Shown here: in pieces, positions 21,664 through 31,471 of the stretch | How positions within the stretch are numbered: position 1 is the first letter of the stretch | How the letters are laid out: every line of letters starts with the position of its first letter | Source of the DNA: Methanomassiliicoccaceae archaeon | GTDB lineage: Archaea > Thermoplasmatota > Thermoplasmata > Methanomassiliicoccales > UBA472 | Assembly: GCA_963806355.1 (NCBI GenBank) | Contig: CAWDXN010000004.1 | Location: 145,273 to 209,272, forward strand | Reading direction: 5' to 3' | Length of the DNA stretch: 64,000 bases | Made by a program: the position numbers and the translations under genes | The notes under the pieces: model-generated | Told to the model about the DNA's origin: nothing | What the model saw: the letters and a program-made list of their open reading frames with translations, nothing else | Database searches by the model: none

Positions 21664-23865
21664 GTGAATGACCCCATCACCGTACGCCAGATGATGACGG
21701 ATTGGCTTGACGCCATCGATCCAGGGCGCCTTCGCTCCCTCAATGCATTACGTGCGACGCTGGCCATGTTCGCCACCTGGGCCATAGTTTATTTCATAAC
21801 CCCCGAAATGGGCTGGTATTTCGTCGGGATCGGTGTCTTCGCGCTATTGGCCAGCTTCATATGTGACCTGATGATGCACCAGGTTCCCCCAGACGACCGG
21901 TTCATCGCTCTCCCTTTGGCGTTCATTCCGATGGTCGCCGCCATTGTTATAGTTGCATTGGTCGACCGAGACCCTTTCTGGACCGCCGTCGTGATCATCA
22001 TGACCTTTTACCTGGCTTACTTTTTACGAAGGTTCGGAGTGATATTGTTCCTCTTAGGTTTCACCGCGGTGACAATGTTCTACGTCTCATTCTTACTTAG
22101 GATCGATCAATCCGTCATTGATGGCCTGGTGTTCACCATCGGGGTCGCCGTTCTCATCAATTTCGTATTTTGGTTCATGCTCATGCCGGCCCGACCTGGT
22201 CCAGCGTTCATCCGAGGGGTCAGATCCTACAACCGGCGAAGTCACCGGATCATATTGACCGCAAAACAATCCTTTGACGAAGGACATCTGGACATTCGAA
22301 GTAAAAAACACATCGTTCGAGATCTGAGAAGACTCACGGAATCGAGACGGATGATAGAGATCCAGATGATGGACATCCTAAGTTCATATCCTTCCTTGTC
22401 CGAACCCATCGAAAGGATGAAGGTCGACCTGTTCTCGTACGAGCGCGCAACCCGATTATTAGTGAACGACATCGACGACCTCTCCCAGAACAGTTATGAT
22501 CCTCCACAAGAGGTTCGAAAGGCGCTTTCAGACCTTTTGGGGGCAATGGCAGATTGGGTTCAGGATCCATTTTCTGAAGATAAGAGGAAGGTTATCTCGG
22601 ACCGATTGAACACGTTGAGGGATTTGATCCATACCTATGAGTCGGACGGATCGGCAAAGGCCTGGATCGTCGGTTTGGGCATTTTCTACTTGGATGGCCA
22701 ATTGTTGATGGGGAGCATTATCGATTTCATTGGGAACTTCGAGAAGGCATCGGCCAAGGTCAGGAACAGGAAGGAAACCAGGGCCAGGATAATCCCTCAG
22801 ATAAAACCCAGTTCCCCTGTGCCCATGTCAAAATTGTTCGGTCGATGGAAGATATCCATCACTAGCCTGATGGCCTTCCAGGCGTTGGCAGCGGCGTTTA
22901 TCGCCTTGAGCGTGGCGGAACTGCTAGGCCTCACCAGCATCGTCCAATCCTTCTGGTTCGCGCTACTTACCGTCTCAGGTTCCTTGGGAGCCACGAAGGC
23001 GAAATCGCTATCCCGGGTGGTAGGGACCGTGCTCGGTCTCGCTATAGGTTTGGCGTTGGGATTTGTCGCTGGAGAGGTGATGTTCGTAACGGTCGGATTC
23101 GTCCTGGTCCTTTTCTTCATCATGGAGTTCACCAGGACCATTTCTTTGAACTGGTTCATTCTATGTCTCGTCGCCATGAGCGTTGTGTCATTGGCCCAGG
23201 TAGGCACGGATTATGTTGAAGCGGCCAAGTTGCTGTTGATAAGCAGCATGATAGGGGTGGGAGCGGCCATTCTCGCCACGACGGTCCTGTTCCCCATCAA
23301 GGTCAGGAAGCAATACATGATGGCTTTCTCGGGTTACCTGGCCGCCACAGACCGTTACCTCCACTCCTTCAACGAACGTCTAAAAAGAGGTCAAGGCTCG
23401 GCCACGATAGAAGGGTCGGCCGATCTCGACAAAGGACAGATGGTGCTTGAGGCCTCTTCGAGGGCGAACCTGTACGAGGCCAACCCGTTCTCCTCTGCCG
23501 ACCGAGAGAACAGCTATGACATGACCACCGCGGTCCAGACCCTGCACCTGGCATTGGTGGGATTGAGGCGCAAGCAAGATGATGTAAAGATCGATGAATT
23601 CAGACTCGACATCCTCAATTCCCTTATCGGCGTTATCTCAAAGAACATCTCCAAGACACGCAAGATCTTGGAATCCAAGGGCGGGAATGGATCCGACCTC
23701 AGTCTCGATGAAGGTCAAGATGTCATTCATTCCTTTGAGGGACTGGACATTAAATTGAGTGCGGATGTTGGTATCACCGCATTCCGTTCCTACATGAAGG
23801 ACATGTTACAGGTTCATGGGATCATCCTGGAGCTAGGTCAAGGGATTCAAAAGGGAAGGTTATAG
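21664..23865 (+). CDS. FUSC/ArAE-like (aromatic or fusaric acid resistance-type) integral membrane protein
   Basis: Intact 733 aa. Two clusters of TM helices separated and followed by long helical soluble regions. The architecture is typical of the FUSC family. GTG start. Confidence 0.65.
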   Translation: MNDPITVRQMMTDWLDAIDPGRLRSLNALRATLAMFATWAIVYFITPEMGWYFVGIGVFALLASFICDLMMHQVPPDDRFIALPLAFIPMVAAIVIVALVDRDPFWTAVVIIMTFYLAYFLRRFGVILFLLGFTAVTMFYVSFLLRIDQSVIDGLVFTIGVAVLINFVFWFMLMPARPGPAFIRGVRSYNRRSHRIILTAKQSFDEGHLDIRSKKHIVRDLRRLTESRRMIEIQMMDILSSYPSLSEPIERMKVDLFSYERATRLLVNDIDDLSQNSYDPPQEVRKALSDLLGAMADWVQDPFSEDKRKVISDRLNTLRDLIHTYESDGSAKAWIVGLGIFYLDGQLLMGSIIDFIGNFEKASAKVRNRKETRARIIPQIKPSSPVPMSKLFGRWKISITSLMAFQALAAAFIALSVAELLGLTSIVQSFWFALLTVSGSLGATKAKSLSRVVGTVLGLAIGLALGFVAGEVMFVTVGFVLVLFFIMEFTRTISLNWFILCLVAMSVVSLAQVGTDYVEAAKLLLISSMIGVGAAILATTVLFPIKVRKQYMMAFSGYLAATDRYLHSFNERLKRGQGSATIEGSADLDKGQMVLEASSRANLYEANPFSSADRENSYDMTTAVQTLHLALVGLRRKQDDVKIDEFRLDILNSLIGVISKNISKTRKILESKGGNGSDLSLDEGQDVIHSFEGLDIKLSADVGITAFRSYMKDMLQVHGIILELGQGIQKGRL

Positions 23866-23969
23866 GTCATAATTGCCCCATGAACGAACGGCTCATTCGA
23901 TGTCCATCTGTGATAAACATGATGTATCAGCATATCTGTCCCTGATTTGGTGGTATCATCACATCTCGA

Positions 23970-24285
23970 GTGAGAGTTGACGCGCCGATATGCGATCATC
24001 AGACCATTGTGGCGGCGGAGCGGTCCGGCGATGAGACCCTGATCACGATCACCTCTGATTGCAAGTCGGTGCATGTCTACGCTGAGCGATTGAGGAAGGT
24101 CTCGATGAGCGACCTGATGGATCTGGAGGGTTCCCAGATCATGAAGATGGCCAGCTGAATCAGGGCTGACCCCCACCTGCCTCGTGCCGGTGGCGGTCTA
24201 TAACGCATGCTGGATGGAGCAGGGCATGATCTCCAAGAACTTGGCCATGCAGAAGCGAACCATCTGCATCGAATTTTTGGACTAG
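23970..24285 (+). CDS. small Cys-containing conserved hypothetical protein (one apparent frameshift near 24150; GTG start)
   Basis: MRVDAPICDHQTIVAAERSGDETLITITSDCKSVHVYAERL...KMA, then ...ESGLTPTCLVPVAVYNACWMEQGMISKNLAMQKRTICIEFLD with TAG 24283-24285. Confidence 0.45.
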
Positions 24286-24343
24286 GACGCTGGTGCATAT
24301 TATTATGGTTTGAACAACCTTTCACTGGGAGGAACACGCTGCG

Positions 24344-25424
24344 ATGTCTGGGACCACCGCCTTCTATTACAGCGATGCCATGTTGAAGTATTACTTCGGC
24401 CCAGAGCATCCTTTCCAGCCGATCAGGTACCGCAAGATAAGGGACACCTTGGAGGAGATCGGAGCCTTCGGTCATACCTTGCACCTGGTGGAGCCGAAAC
24501 CGGCCCGGGTCGATTGCCTGAATATGGTGCATAGCCCAGCCTATATCGACATGGTGCGGGAGATGAGCGAGGTCGGAGAGGGCTATCTGGACCGCGGGGA
24601 CACTCCAGCCACCCCCACCTTATATCAGGGTGCTCTGGCGGTCACCGGAGGCACAGTGGCAGCGACTGAGGCGGTGGCGAAGGGCGTGTTCGCCCATGGG
24701 CTCAATCCCGCAGGGGGAATGCATCACGCCCATCCAGACCGCGCCTCCGGTTTCTGCGTCTTCAACGACCTGGCCATCGCAGCCCGGGTATTGCAGAAAG
24801 CGGCATGGCCTGAAAAGGATCGCCATCATCGACATCGACGGGCATCATGGTGATGGCACCCAGCACATATTCTACAACGAGAAGGTGCTCACCATCTCCC
24901 TGCATCGCTACGGAAAGGGGTTCTATCCGGGCACTGGCTCAGAACGGGAGATCGGTCGGGGCGAAGGATATGGATATTCCATCAATGTGCCATTGCCAGC
25001 GAACACTCCGGACGAGGCCTACCTTAACGCCTATCGAATGGTGGTCAAGGAGGCCCTGGACGCCTATAGGCCAGAGTTCATATTGCACCAGTTCGGAACA
25101 GACGCCCATTTCGGGGACAGCCTGGTCGATCTCAGCCTCACCACCAAGGCCTATGAGGGCATAGCTGAGTTCACCCACGACCTGGCGCACAAATATTGTG
25201 ACGGGCGGTATGTGGTCACGGGCGGGGGTGGGTACAACATAGACGCGGCGCGCCGGGTATGGGCCATCGCTGCCTGCGCCATCTCCGGGGCCTGTCCATA
25301 CGAGCCTGAGGGCCTGCACCACCTTCAGGACAGCTTGATCCATACCAGGCATCATTTTGCCGCTGAAGACCTAAATGATAAGTTGGAATATCTGCAGAAG
25401 TTCGTCCTACCGCTCATCCAGTGA
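24344..25424 (+). CDS. histone deacetylase-family protein (AcuC / acetylpolyamine amidohydrolase-like); one apparent frameshift near 24800
   Basis: EHPFQP, HSPAYI, GGMHHA...ASGFCVFND, then IDIDGHHGDGTQHIFY, GFYPGTG and GTDAHFGDSL...GGGGY. These are class I/II HDAC zinc and catalytic motifs. Confidence 0.85.
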
Positions 25425-26054
25425 ACCCAGCGGCCTTGGATGCCCTCTCATCATGTTCTGTCGACAAACCACCCCTTCCTCAGTGAGGGAGACCGACGCA
25501 TCAGGCAGCGCTGATTCGACCCGGACCATTCCCGACCGTTTCAATTCCAACAAAACCCGCTTGACCGCATCCCTCCTGTTCCCTGGCAGCCTGAGCCCGT
25601 CCATCCTCGCCCCGGGACCGATCTGCAACAGCAGTGCGCGTTGCTCCGAGCTCAACCTAGAACTGATACTGACACCCGATAGCACAGGTAATCGGATAGG
25701 ATCCCGATCGATGTGCCATGTTTCGACACCCAGGTTCATGGCGGTAAGCAAAGCGGCTAGGCTCAGTGTGTGCACCCCTCCGCCGATGTCCATGCACACC
25801 GCGAACCCCTCGGACCTGAGCCTCCCCACCAGGTCCTGGAACACGCTCATGCTGGCCAACACATCGAACTTATCGGTGGTCATCACCTCGAAAGGGGTCC
25901 TTAACCGATGGCACAGTGAGGAAATGCGATCGAACGAATCATGTTCCAGGTTGTCGGTCCCGGTCACGAGCACCAAGCGGTCGTGCTTGATGCACTTCAT
26001 GGCCAGGATGATCTTGTCCGCATCGAAGCCGAAAGTGCAGATCAGGGCGCGCAT
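25407..26054 (-). CDS. Csa3-like regulator (CARF domain + C-terminal wHTH), copy 2
   Basis: MRALICTFGFDADKIILAM...RLVLVTG...CMDIGGGVHTLSLAALL, then RLSSEQRALLLQI...AVKRVLLELKRSGMVRV. The T-x-GF N-terminus and D-x-x-GG-x-H/R motif match Csa3. ATG 26054 overlaps the copy-1 stop (TGATG). Confidence 0.65.
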   Translation of the reverse strand: MRALICTFGFDADKIILAMKCIKHDRLVLVTGTDNLEHDSFDRISSLCHRLRTPFEVMTTDKFDVLASMSVFQDLVGRLRSEGFAVCMDIGGGVHTLSLAALLTAMNLGVETWHIDRDPIRLPVLSGVSISSRLSSEQRALLLQIGPGARMDGLRLPGNRRDAVKRVLLELKRSGMVRVESALPDASVSLTEEGVVCRQNMMRGHPRPLGSLDER

Positions 26055-26712
26055 CAAGGCCTCCCCAGCAAGAGCTCCATGGACTCCTCCACCTTGATCA
26101 ACTTGATGCGGGAATCCTTGGGGGAGGGCATCAGCTGCACCGCTCCTCGGGCCACAAGCTCTTTGATGTGGTGGTTCACCGTGGCCTTGTGCAGACCGAA
26201 GGCCAATCCCAGCCCCTTTTGGGTGATGTCCTCCCCGCGGTGCGCCAGACAGATATCTCAGGATATCCCTCTGCACGGGCGTGAGCACATCCGAGTAACG
26301 GATCTGGAGCATGGGCAGGGGTATCTCCTCCAAGGTGTCATCATGGACATAGACGCAGTTCACCCCCTCAAGGGTGCATACCAGCAGGGCGCATGCGCTC
26401 ATGATGCGCGTCCCGCCTGCCACATTGAAAACCTGCAGCGCATCTCCCGCAGCCCTCATCGCCGCGATCTCGTCTCTGGATGGCCTTGGAGACCCTCATG
26501 AAGTTGAACGCGTCCGGGACCTCATGATGGCTGAATCTGAGCCCCATCTGCTCGCAGATGTCCCTGACCTCGGACACCGCCTCCCTGGAGCGCACATGGT
26601 CGCTGTGGAAGACCACCACCCTCTGCAGCCCCTCAGTGGACCTTATCGTCGGCAGGATGGTGTCTGGCCTGAAACCCAACGTCCCCATTATTGATACCAT
26701 ATCTTTCCCCAA
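26054..26712 (-). CDS. Csa3-like regulator (CARF + wHTH), copy 1; two apparent frameshifts (about 26450, 26235)
   Basis: MGTLGFRPDTILPTIRSTEGLQRVVVFHS...FNVAGGTRIMSACALL...LTPVQRDILRYLSGA, then EDITQKGLGLAFGLHKATVNHHIKELVARGAVQLMPSPKDSRIKLIKV...LLGRP. Confidence 0.6.
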
Positions 26713-26716
26713 CCTA

Positions 26717-26779
26717 CGATATGATATCGAACTTTTTAGATTTTTTTAATACCGTATGAAAATATTTGATACTTTTCAT
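26717..26779. promoter_or_regulatory. two inverted repeats in the AT-rich leader of the Csa3-like pair (candidate operators)
   Basis: CGATAT-G-ATATCG at 26717-26729, and ATGAAAA-N10-TTTTCAT at 26756-26779, immediately upstream of the copy-1 start (26712, minus strand). Confidence 0.35.
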
Positions 26780-26818
26780 AAAAACAAATTGTCCAACACA
26801 TCGAAACAAATGACAGAA

Positions 26819-26894
26819 TGGCGCCCTGGTCGGGATTTGAACCCGAGTCGAAGCCTCGACAGGGCTTCATGATAGGCCGCTACACTACCAGGGC
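26819..26894 (-). tRNA. tRNA-Asp (GTC), CCA encoded
   Basis: Reverse complement is GCCCTGGTAGTGTAGCGGCCTATCATGAAGCCCTGTCGAGGCTTCGACTCGGGTTCAAATCCCGACCAGGGCGCCA. Cloverleaf has a 7-bp acceptor stem, anticodon loop CTGTCGA and T-loop TTCAAAT. Confidence 0.9.
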
Positions 26895-26920
26895 TTGTAG
26901 ACACCCAAACATTGAACTCA

Positions 26921-26928
26921 TATTTATG
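26921..26928 (-). promoter_or_regulatory. TATA-like box for tRNA-Asp
   Basis: ATAAATAT on the minus strand, 27-34 nt upstream of the tRNA 5' end, within the palindrome ACTCATA-TT-TATGAGT. Confidence 0.4.
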
Positions 26929-27042
26929 AGTTAAGGTCCCTCGAATGAGGGACTGGCTGCTCCAGACGATGGTAGCGGCCAATCCAGAAAGATATTTATC
27001 CGAAGGTCGCCTCAAAGGGCCGGTTGAGGCAGGTGTCGTGAG

Positions 27043-27877
27043 ATGACAGAAAGGAAGCCAAAGGTGGAGGATTACATCGTTCGCGACGTCCAGTACATTC
27101 CCCACACTTTCACGGTACGGGAGGCCACCAAGAAGCTGATCTCCACCGAGTTCCATGGCCTGCCAGTGTGCGAGGACTCCAAGCTCATCGGTTTCATCAC
27201 GGCCAAGGAGCTGCTCCGAGCCGCCCATCAGCCCGATGCCTGCGTCTTGGACATCATCACGCCATGGCACCTACACCGTCACTCCCAACATGGACCTGGA
27301 CGACGCCGCCCGGATCCTTTTCCGCTATGGGCTGCGCAACGTGCCGGTGGTGGACGAGAAGGGCAACCTGATCGGCATCATCTCCAACCTCGACATCGTT
27401 CGTTCGCACATCGAGAGGGCCACCCCGAACAAGGTGACCATGGTGAAGACCTTCCTGGAGACGAAGCACGGCATCACCATCACGGTCAAGCGCCGCAAGA
27501 TCGTCCCGATGGAGCTGCTCCGTCCAACCCAGCGACGAGGTCTTCGCCGATGAGCTGCTCGGGCCGAATGGAGGAGATCAAGCGAGGACTGGTCGAGCCG
27601 CTCATCGTGGTGCAGAAGAACGGACCATTACGTCCTGGTGGACGGTCACCACCGAGCGTTGGCCTCCAAGCAGATGGGCGTGAGGCAGTTCTCCGCCTTC
27701 GTGCTGGAGCCGAGCCGGGACGTCGAGCTGGGCATGGAGAAGCCGGCCGAGGAGATGGGCCTGCGCACCTTGGACGATGTCAAGATCATCGAAGGCTCGC
27801 ACCATCCCCTGATGGAGATAACCACCCGGTTCCTGAAGGACGAGGGCAAGCAGATCGAGGACCGGGTATCTAAATAA
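27043..27877 (+). CDS. CBS-pair domain fused to a ParB/Srx-like N-terminal domain; at least three apparent frameshifts
   Basis: CBS-like VRDVQYIPHTFTVREA...GLPVCEDSKLIGFITAKELL and YGLRNVPVVDEKGNLIGIISNLDIV. Then LRPTQ...EEIKRGLVEPLIVVQKNG...VLVDGHHRALASKQMG (DGHHR ParB-fold motif). Spans ORFs 27043.., 27155..27553 and 27638..27877. Confidence 0.7.
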
Positions 27878-27892
27878 TTGAAAGGATGGGGC

Positions 27893-30242
27893 TTATGCCC
27901 CGCTTATCTTTCTGGCCGCTTCCAGGAGCATCCTCTGCTCCGCCGAGGCGATGATCGAGATGGTCTTGATCACGGTGTCCGGGTTCAGGCTGATGGAGTC
28001 GATGCCCGCCTTCACCAGGAACTCGCGTGAACTCCGGGTAGACCGATGGTGCCTGTCCGCAGATGCCCACCGGTGCGACCCTTCTTGTGGGCCGCATCGA
28101 TGAGGATGCTTGATGGCCCGCTTGATGGCCTCGTTCCGCTCGTCGAAGTAGCCCATCTTGCCCAGGACGTCCGAGTCGCGGTCCGCGCCCATGGTCAGCT
28201 GGGTCAGGTCGTTGCGTGCCGATGGAGAAACCATCGCAGACATCGGAGAACTCCTCGGCCATGAAGATGATGCACCGGGATCTCGGCCATGAGGTAGAGC
28301 TTGAAGTCGCGGTTCGCGCTCCAGTCCGACCTCGTTCATCATCTCGGTGATCTTCTTGAGCTCCTCGACGGTGCGGACGAAGGGCAGCATGACCATGACG
28401 TTCTTCAGGCCCATCTCGTCCCGCGACCTTCTTGATCGCCTGCAGCTCCAGCTTGAACGCCTCGCGGTACTGAGTCGGAGACGTAGCGGGAGCAGCCCCT
28501 CCATCCGATCATGGGGTTCTGTTCCTTCGGCTCGTACTTCTCCCCGCCCTTCATGTCCCGGTACTCGTTGGTCTTGAAGTCGCGAGGTGCGCAGGATGAT
28601 CGGCCGGGGGATAGAACGCCTTGCCCACTATGGCGATGCCATCGGCGAGCTTGTCCACCAGTTCGTTCTGACCTGCCCTGCTCCATCAGCGAGCAGAGGG
28701 TGCTCCTGGATGTAGGAGGTGAAAAGGAACTCGATGCGCATCAGGCCGACGCCCGAGACCGGCAGTTTGGAGTATTCCTCGGCCTTGTGGGGGACGCCCA
28801 CGTTGACCAGATCTTGGTGCCGGTGACCGGAACGCTCGCGGCCGATCGCTGCCGGGACGGCCTTGGCTCTCCTCCTTCTTCTGCTCACGCCCCTTCGGTC
28901 ACCACACCGGTGTTGCCGTCCACGGTGACCATCATGCCTTCCTTGAGCATCTGTGGTGGCGTTGGATGGCGCCCACGATGCATGGGATGCCCAGCTCCCT
29001 GGCCACGATGGCGGCGTGGCAGGTCATCCCGCCCTCGTCGGTGACGATGGCCGCCGCGCGGGTCATCGCCGGGACCATGTCCGGAGAGGTCATCACGGTG
29101 ACCATTATGTCACCCTTCTTGACCACGTCCAGGTTCATCTCCTCCGAGACCATGCGCACCGCACCGGACGCCCGTCCCGGGCGATGGCGGCCAGCCCTTT
29201 GACCAGGATCTTTCCCGATTTCTTCAGTTCGCCCTCGGCATGTGTCCTTCCTCTCGCCATGTCCTCACCCTTTGTCGACTTCAAGGTGGTCACGGGCCTC
29301 GCCTGGACCACATATATCTTACCTTCCTCCACGGCCCATTCGATGTCCATGGGCTTGGTCGTAGTGCATCTCGATCTGGTTGCCGATCTCGCGCGAGGTC
29401 TAGGATCTGCTCGTCGGTCAGCTTCTGCGCGCTGGATCAGCTCTCTGGGATGTCCTCCTTGACGCGTGTCCCCGGTCTTGCCCCGGACGCAGCTTCCAGG
29501 TCTGCTTGGCGATGCGCTTGTTGATGATCTTGTTATGGAACTTGTCGACCACGTAGGTGTCGGGGGTGACCTTCCCGCCCACGATCGCCTCGCCCAGGCC
29601 GTAGCCGGCCTCGATGATGATGTGCGGCATCTCCGAGTTCGGGTCGACCGTGAACATGATGCCGGAGATATCTGAGTTGCACCATCTTCTGCACCACGAC
29701 GGCCAACTTGACCTTCGAATGCTCGAAGCCCTTGGTGACCCGATAGGATATGGCCCGGGGCGTGAACAGCGAGGACCAGCACTTCTTGATCTTGTCCATG
29801 AGGTCCTCCGGCGTCGCCCACGTTCAGGTAGGTGTCCTGCTGGCCGGCGAAGGATGCGGTGGGCAGGTCCTCGGCGGTGGCGCTGGAGCGCACCGCCACG
29901 AAACCGCTCTTGCGGCCTTTCCACATCCTCTGCCACTCGGAGCGGATCTGTTCAGCGAGGTCCTTGGGGATAGGCATCTGCTCGAACAGACCTACGGATC
30001 CTTACCGATGCGGACTGTAAGGAACTCTCGCTGCTGGCATCTATGCCCTCGAGGATATCCTCGATCCTCTTCTCGATGTCGTTGCTCTTGACGAAATAAT
30101 CATAGGCGATGGTGGTCAGCACGAACCCGGGAGGGACATTGAACCCTGCCCCGACCAGCTCCCCCAGGTTGGCACCCTTGCCTCCTGCGATAGGTATGTC
30201 ATCCTTCGTCAGATCGGAAATCTCCACTATCCTGTCGACCAT
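27893..30242 (-). CDS. ppsA: phosphoenolpyruvate synthase (pyruvate, water dikinase); roughly ten or more apparent frameshifts
   Basis: N-term [11 protein letters not shown]...[62 protein letters not shown], phosphohistidine region [24 protein letters not shown], and a PEP-utiliser C-terminus. Fragments lie in all three minus frames. Confidence 0.85.
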
Positions 30243-30330
30243 CCATCATCCCTCAGAACATGGGTCCCGCCTGAAGATAGTCCCTCTTCGCGGTCCTCAC
30301 AATCGCAGGATAGCCCTAAAAGGTATAAAC

Positions 30331-30405
30331 TTTTGTTCGACGGGTAGTTACATATTTTAGTTGTAGGTAGCCAATCATTTTGTTCGAACCCGAAAATCAT
30401 GTTCG
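30331..30405. repeat. direct repeats TTTTGTTCGA (30331-30340, 30378-30387) plus a third TGTTCG (30400-30405) in the ppsA/por divergent intergenic region
   Basis: Read directly from the sequence. The second copy contains the palindrome TTCGAA. Confidence 0.6.
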
Positions 30406-30564
30406 CGATATGGCCTTACTGAAAGTAGGGCTCAGTGCCATGCTATGGCAATTCTAGCCTCCTCTATCCGTTCATTTTCATAGGGAATCGGCTAATAATG
30501 ACATGTTTATGGTGACTTAAGCAAGGTATTCGTAAAAATATAGTTAGCTTTCGTAAAGAATTTA

Positions 30565-31179
30565 ATGGAATCCTTATATATCATGAGCCTTTTCAGGGAT
30601 GATTGTACGGTGCTTCACGTGACGACCATAGAGATACGTTGGCATGGGAGAGGAGGCCAAGGAGTGGTCACCGCGAACGAGCTTCTCGCAGGCGCCGCTC
30701 TGAAGGAGGGCAAGTACATCAAGGCCTTCCCAGAGTTCGGGCCGGAGCGCATGGGCGCCCCGATCAGGGCGTTCACTCGATTGTCGGACGATCCGATTGT
30801 CGTCCATAGTCAGGTCTACTATCCTGACATGGTCGTGGTCCTGGATTCGACCCTCCTGAAACAGGTCAAGGTACTGGACGGAATGAAGGAGAATGGGCAT
30901 CTTGTGGCCAACTATCCGGAGGGCAGAGGTCACCTTAGGGAGCTCCTGGCCACGAGCGCCGACGTCCATGCCGTCAATGCCACCAAGATCGCCATGGAGG
31001 AGATCGGCAGGCCTACCGCCAACACCGCCATGCTGGGCGCGGTGGTCAAAGTACTGGACTATGTGAAGCTAAGCTCAGTGTTGGAGGAGCTGGAGAGCAA
31101 GTTCAGCGGCAAGTTCTCCAAAGAAGTGGTGACCAAGAACCTACGTGCCGTGCAACGGGCCTACGAGGAGGTGGAGTGA
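30565..31179 (+). CDS. porG: pyruvate:ferredoxin oxidoreductase gamma subunit
   Basis: EIRWHGRGGQGVVTANELLA...FPEFGPERMGAP. Intact. The true start may be GTG 30619 (VTTIEIRWHG...). 4-nt overlap with porD. Confidence 0.88.
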   Translation: MESLYIMSLFRDDCTVLHVTTIEIRWHGRGGQGVVTANELLAGAALKEGKYIKAFPEFGPERMGAPIRAFTRLSDDPIVVHSQVYYPDMVVVLDSTLLKQVKVLDGMKENGHLVANYPEGRGHLRELLATSADVHAVNATKIAMEEIGRPTANTAMLGAVVKVLDYVKLSSVLEELESKFSGKFSKEVVTKNLRAVQRAYEEVE

Positions 31180-31460
31180 TGTCGGAGAAGCGTTCCAAGG
31201 ACCTGCCATCTGGCGCCATGATCATTGAGCCCGGTAATGCCGTGAAAGTACGAGACGGGGACTGGAGGTCCAAGCGGCCCGAGGTGGACAAGGAGAAGTG
31301 CACCAACTGCCTGATCTGCTGGATCTACTGCCCTGACAACAGCATCATCGTCGAGGAAGGGAAGATGAAGGGTTTCAAGTACTCACATTGCAAGGGCTGT
31401 GGCATCTGCGCGATCCAGTGCCCGGCGAAGTGCATCACCATGAAAGAGGAGGGGAGCTAA
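31176..31460 (+). CDS. porD: pyruvate:ferredoxin oxidoreductase delta subunit (2x[4Fe-4S] ferredoxin)
   Basis: Intact 94 aa with [12 protein letters not shown] and [12 protein letters not shown]. Confidence 0.9.
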   Translation: MMSEKRSKDLPSGAMIIEPGNAVKVRDGDWRSKRPEVDKEKCTNCLICWIYCPDNSIIVEEGKMKGFKYSHCKGCGICAIQCPAKCITMKEEGS

Positions 31461-31471
31461 ATGGAATCACA

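Noticed and set aside
19260-26894. tRNA-Asp-flanked integrated element or genomic island
   Set aside because: The accessory-looking genes lie beyond the 3' end of tRNA-Asp. However, I found no integrase or transposase gene and no direct repeat of the tRNA 3' segment at the far boundary (19260-19537). Only the compositional block is reported.
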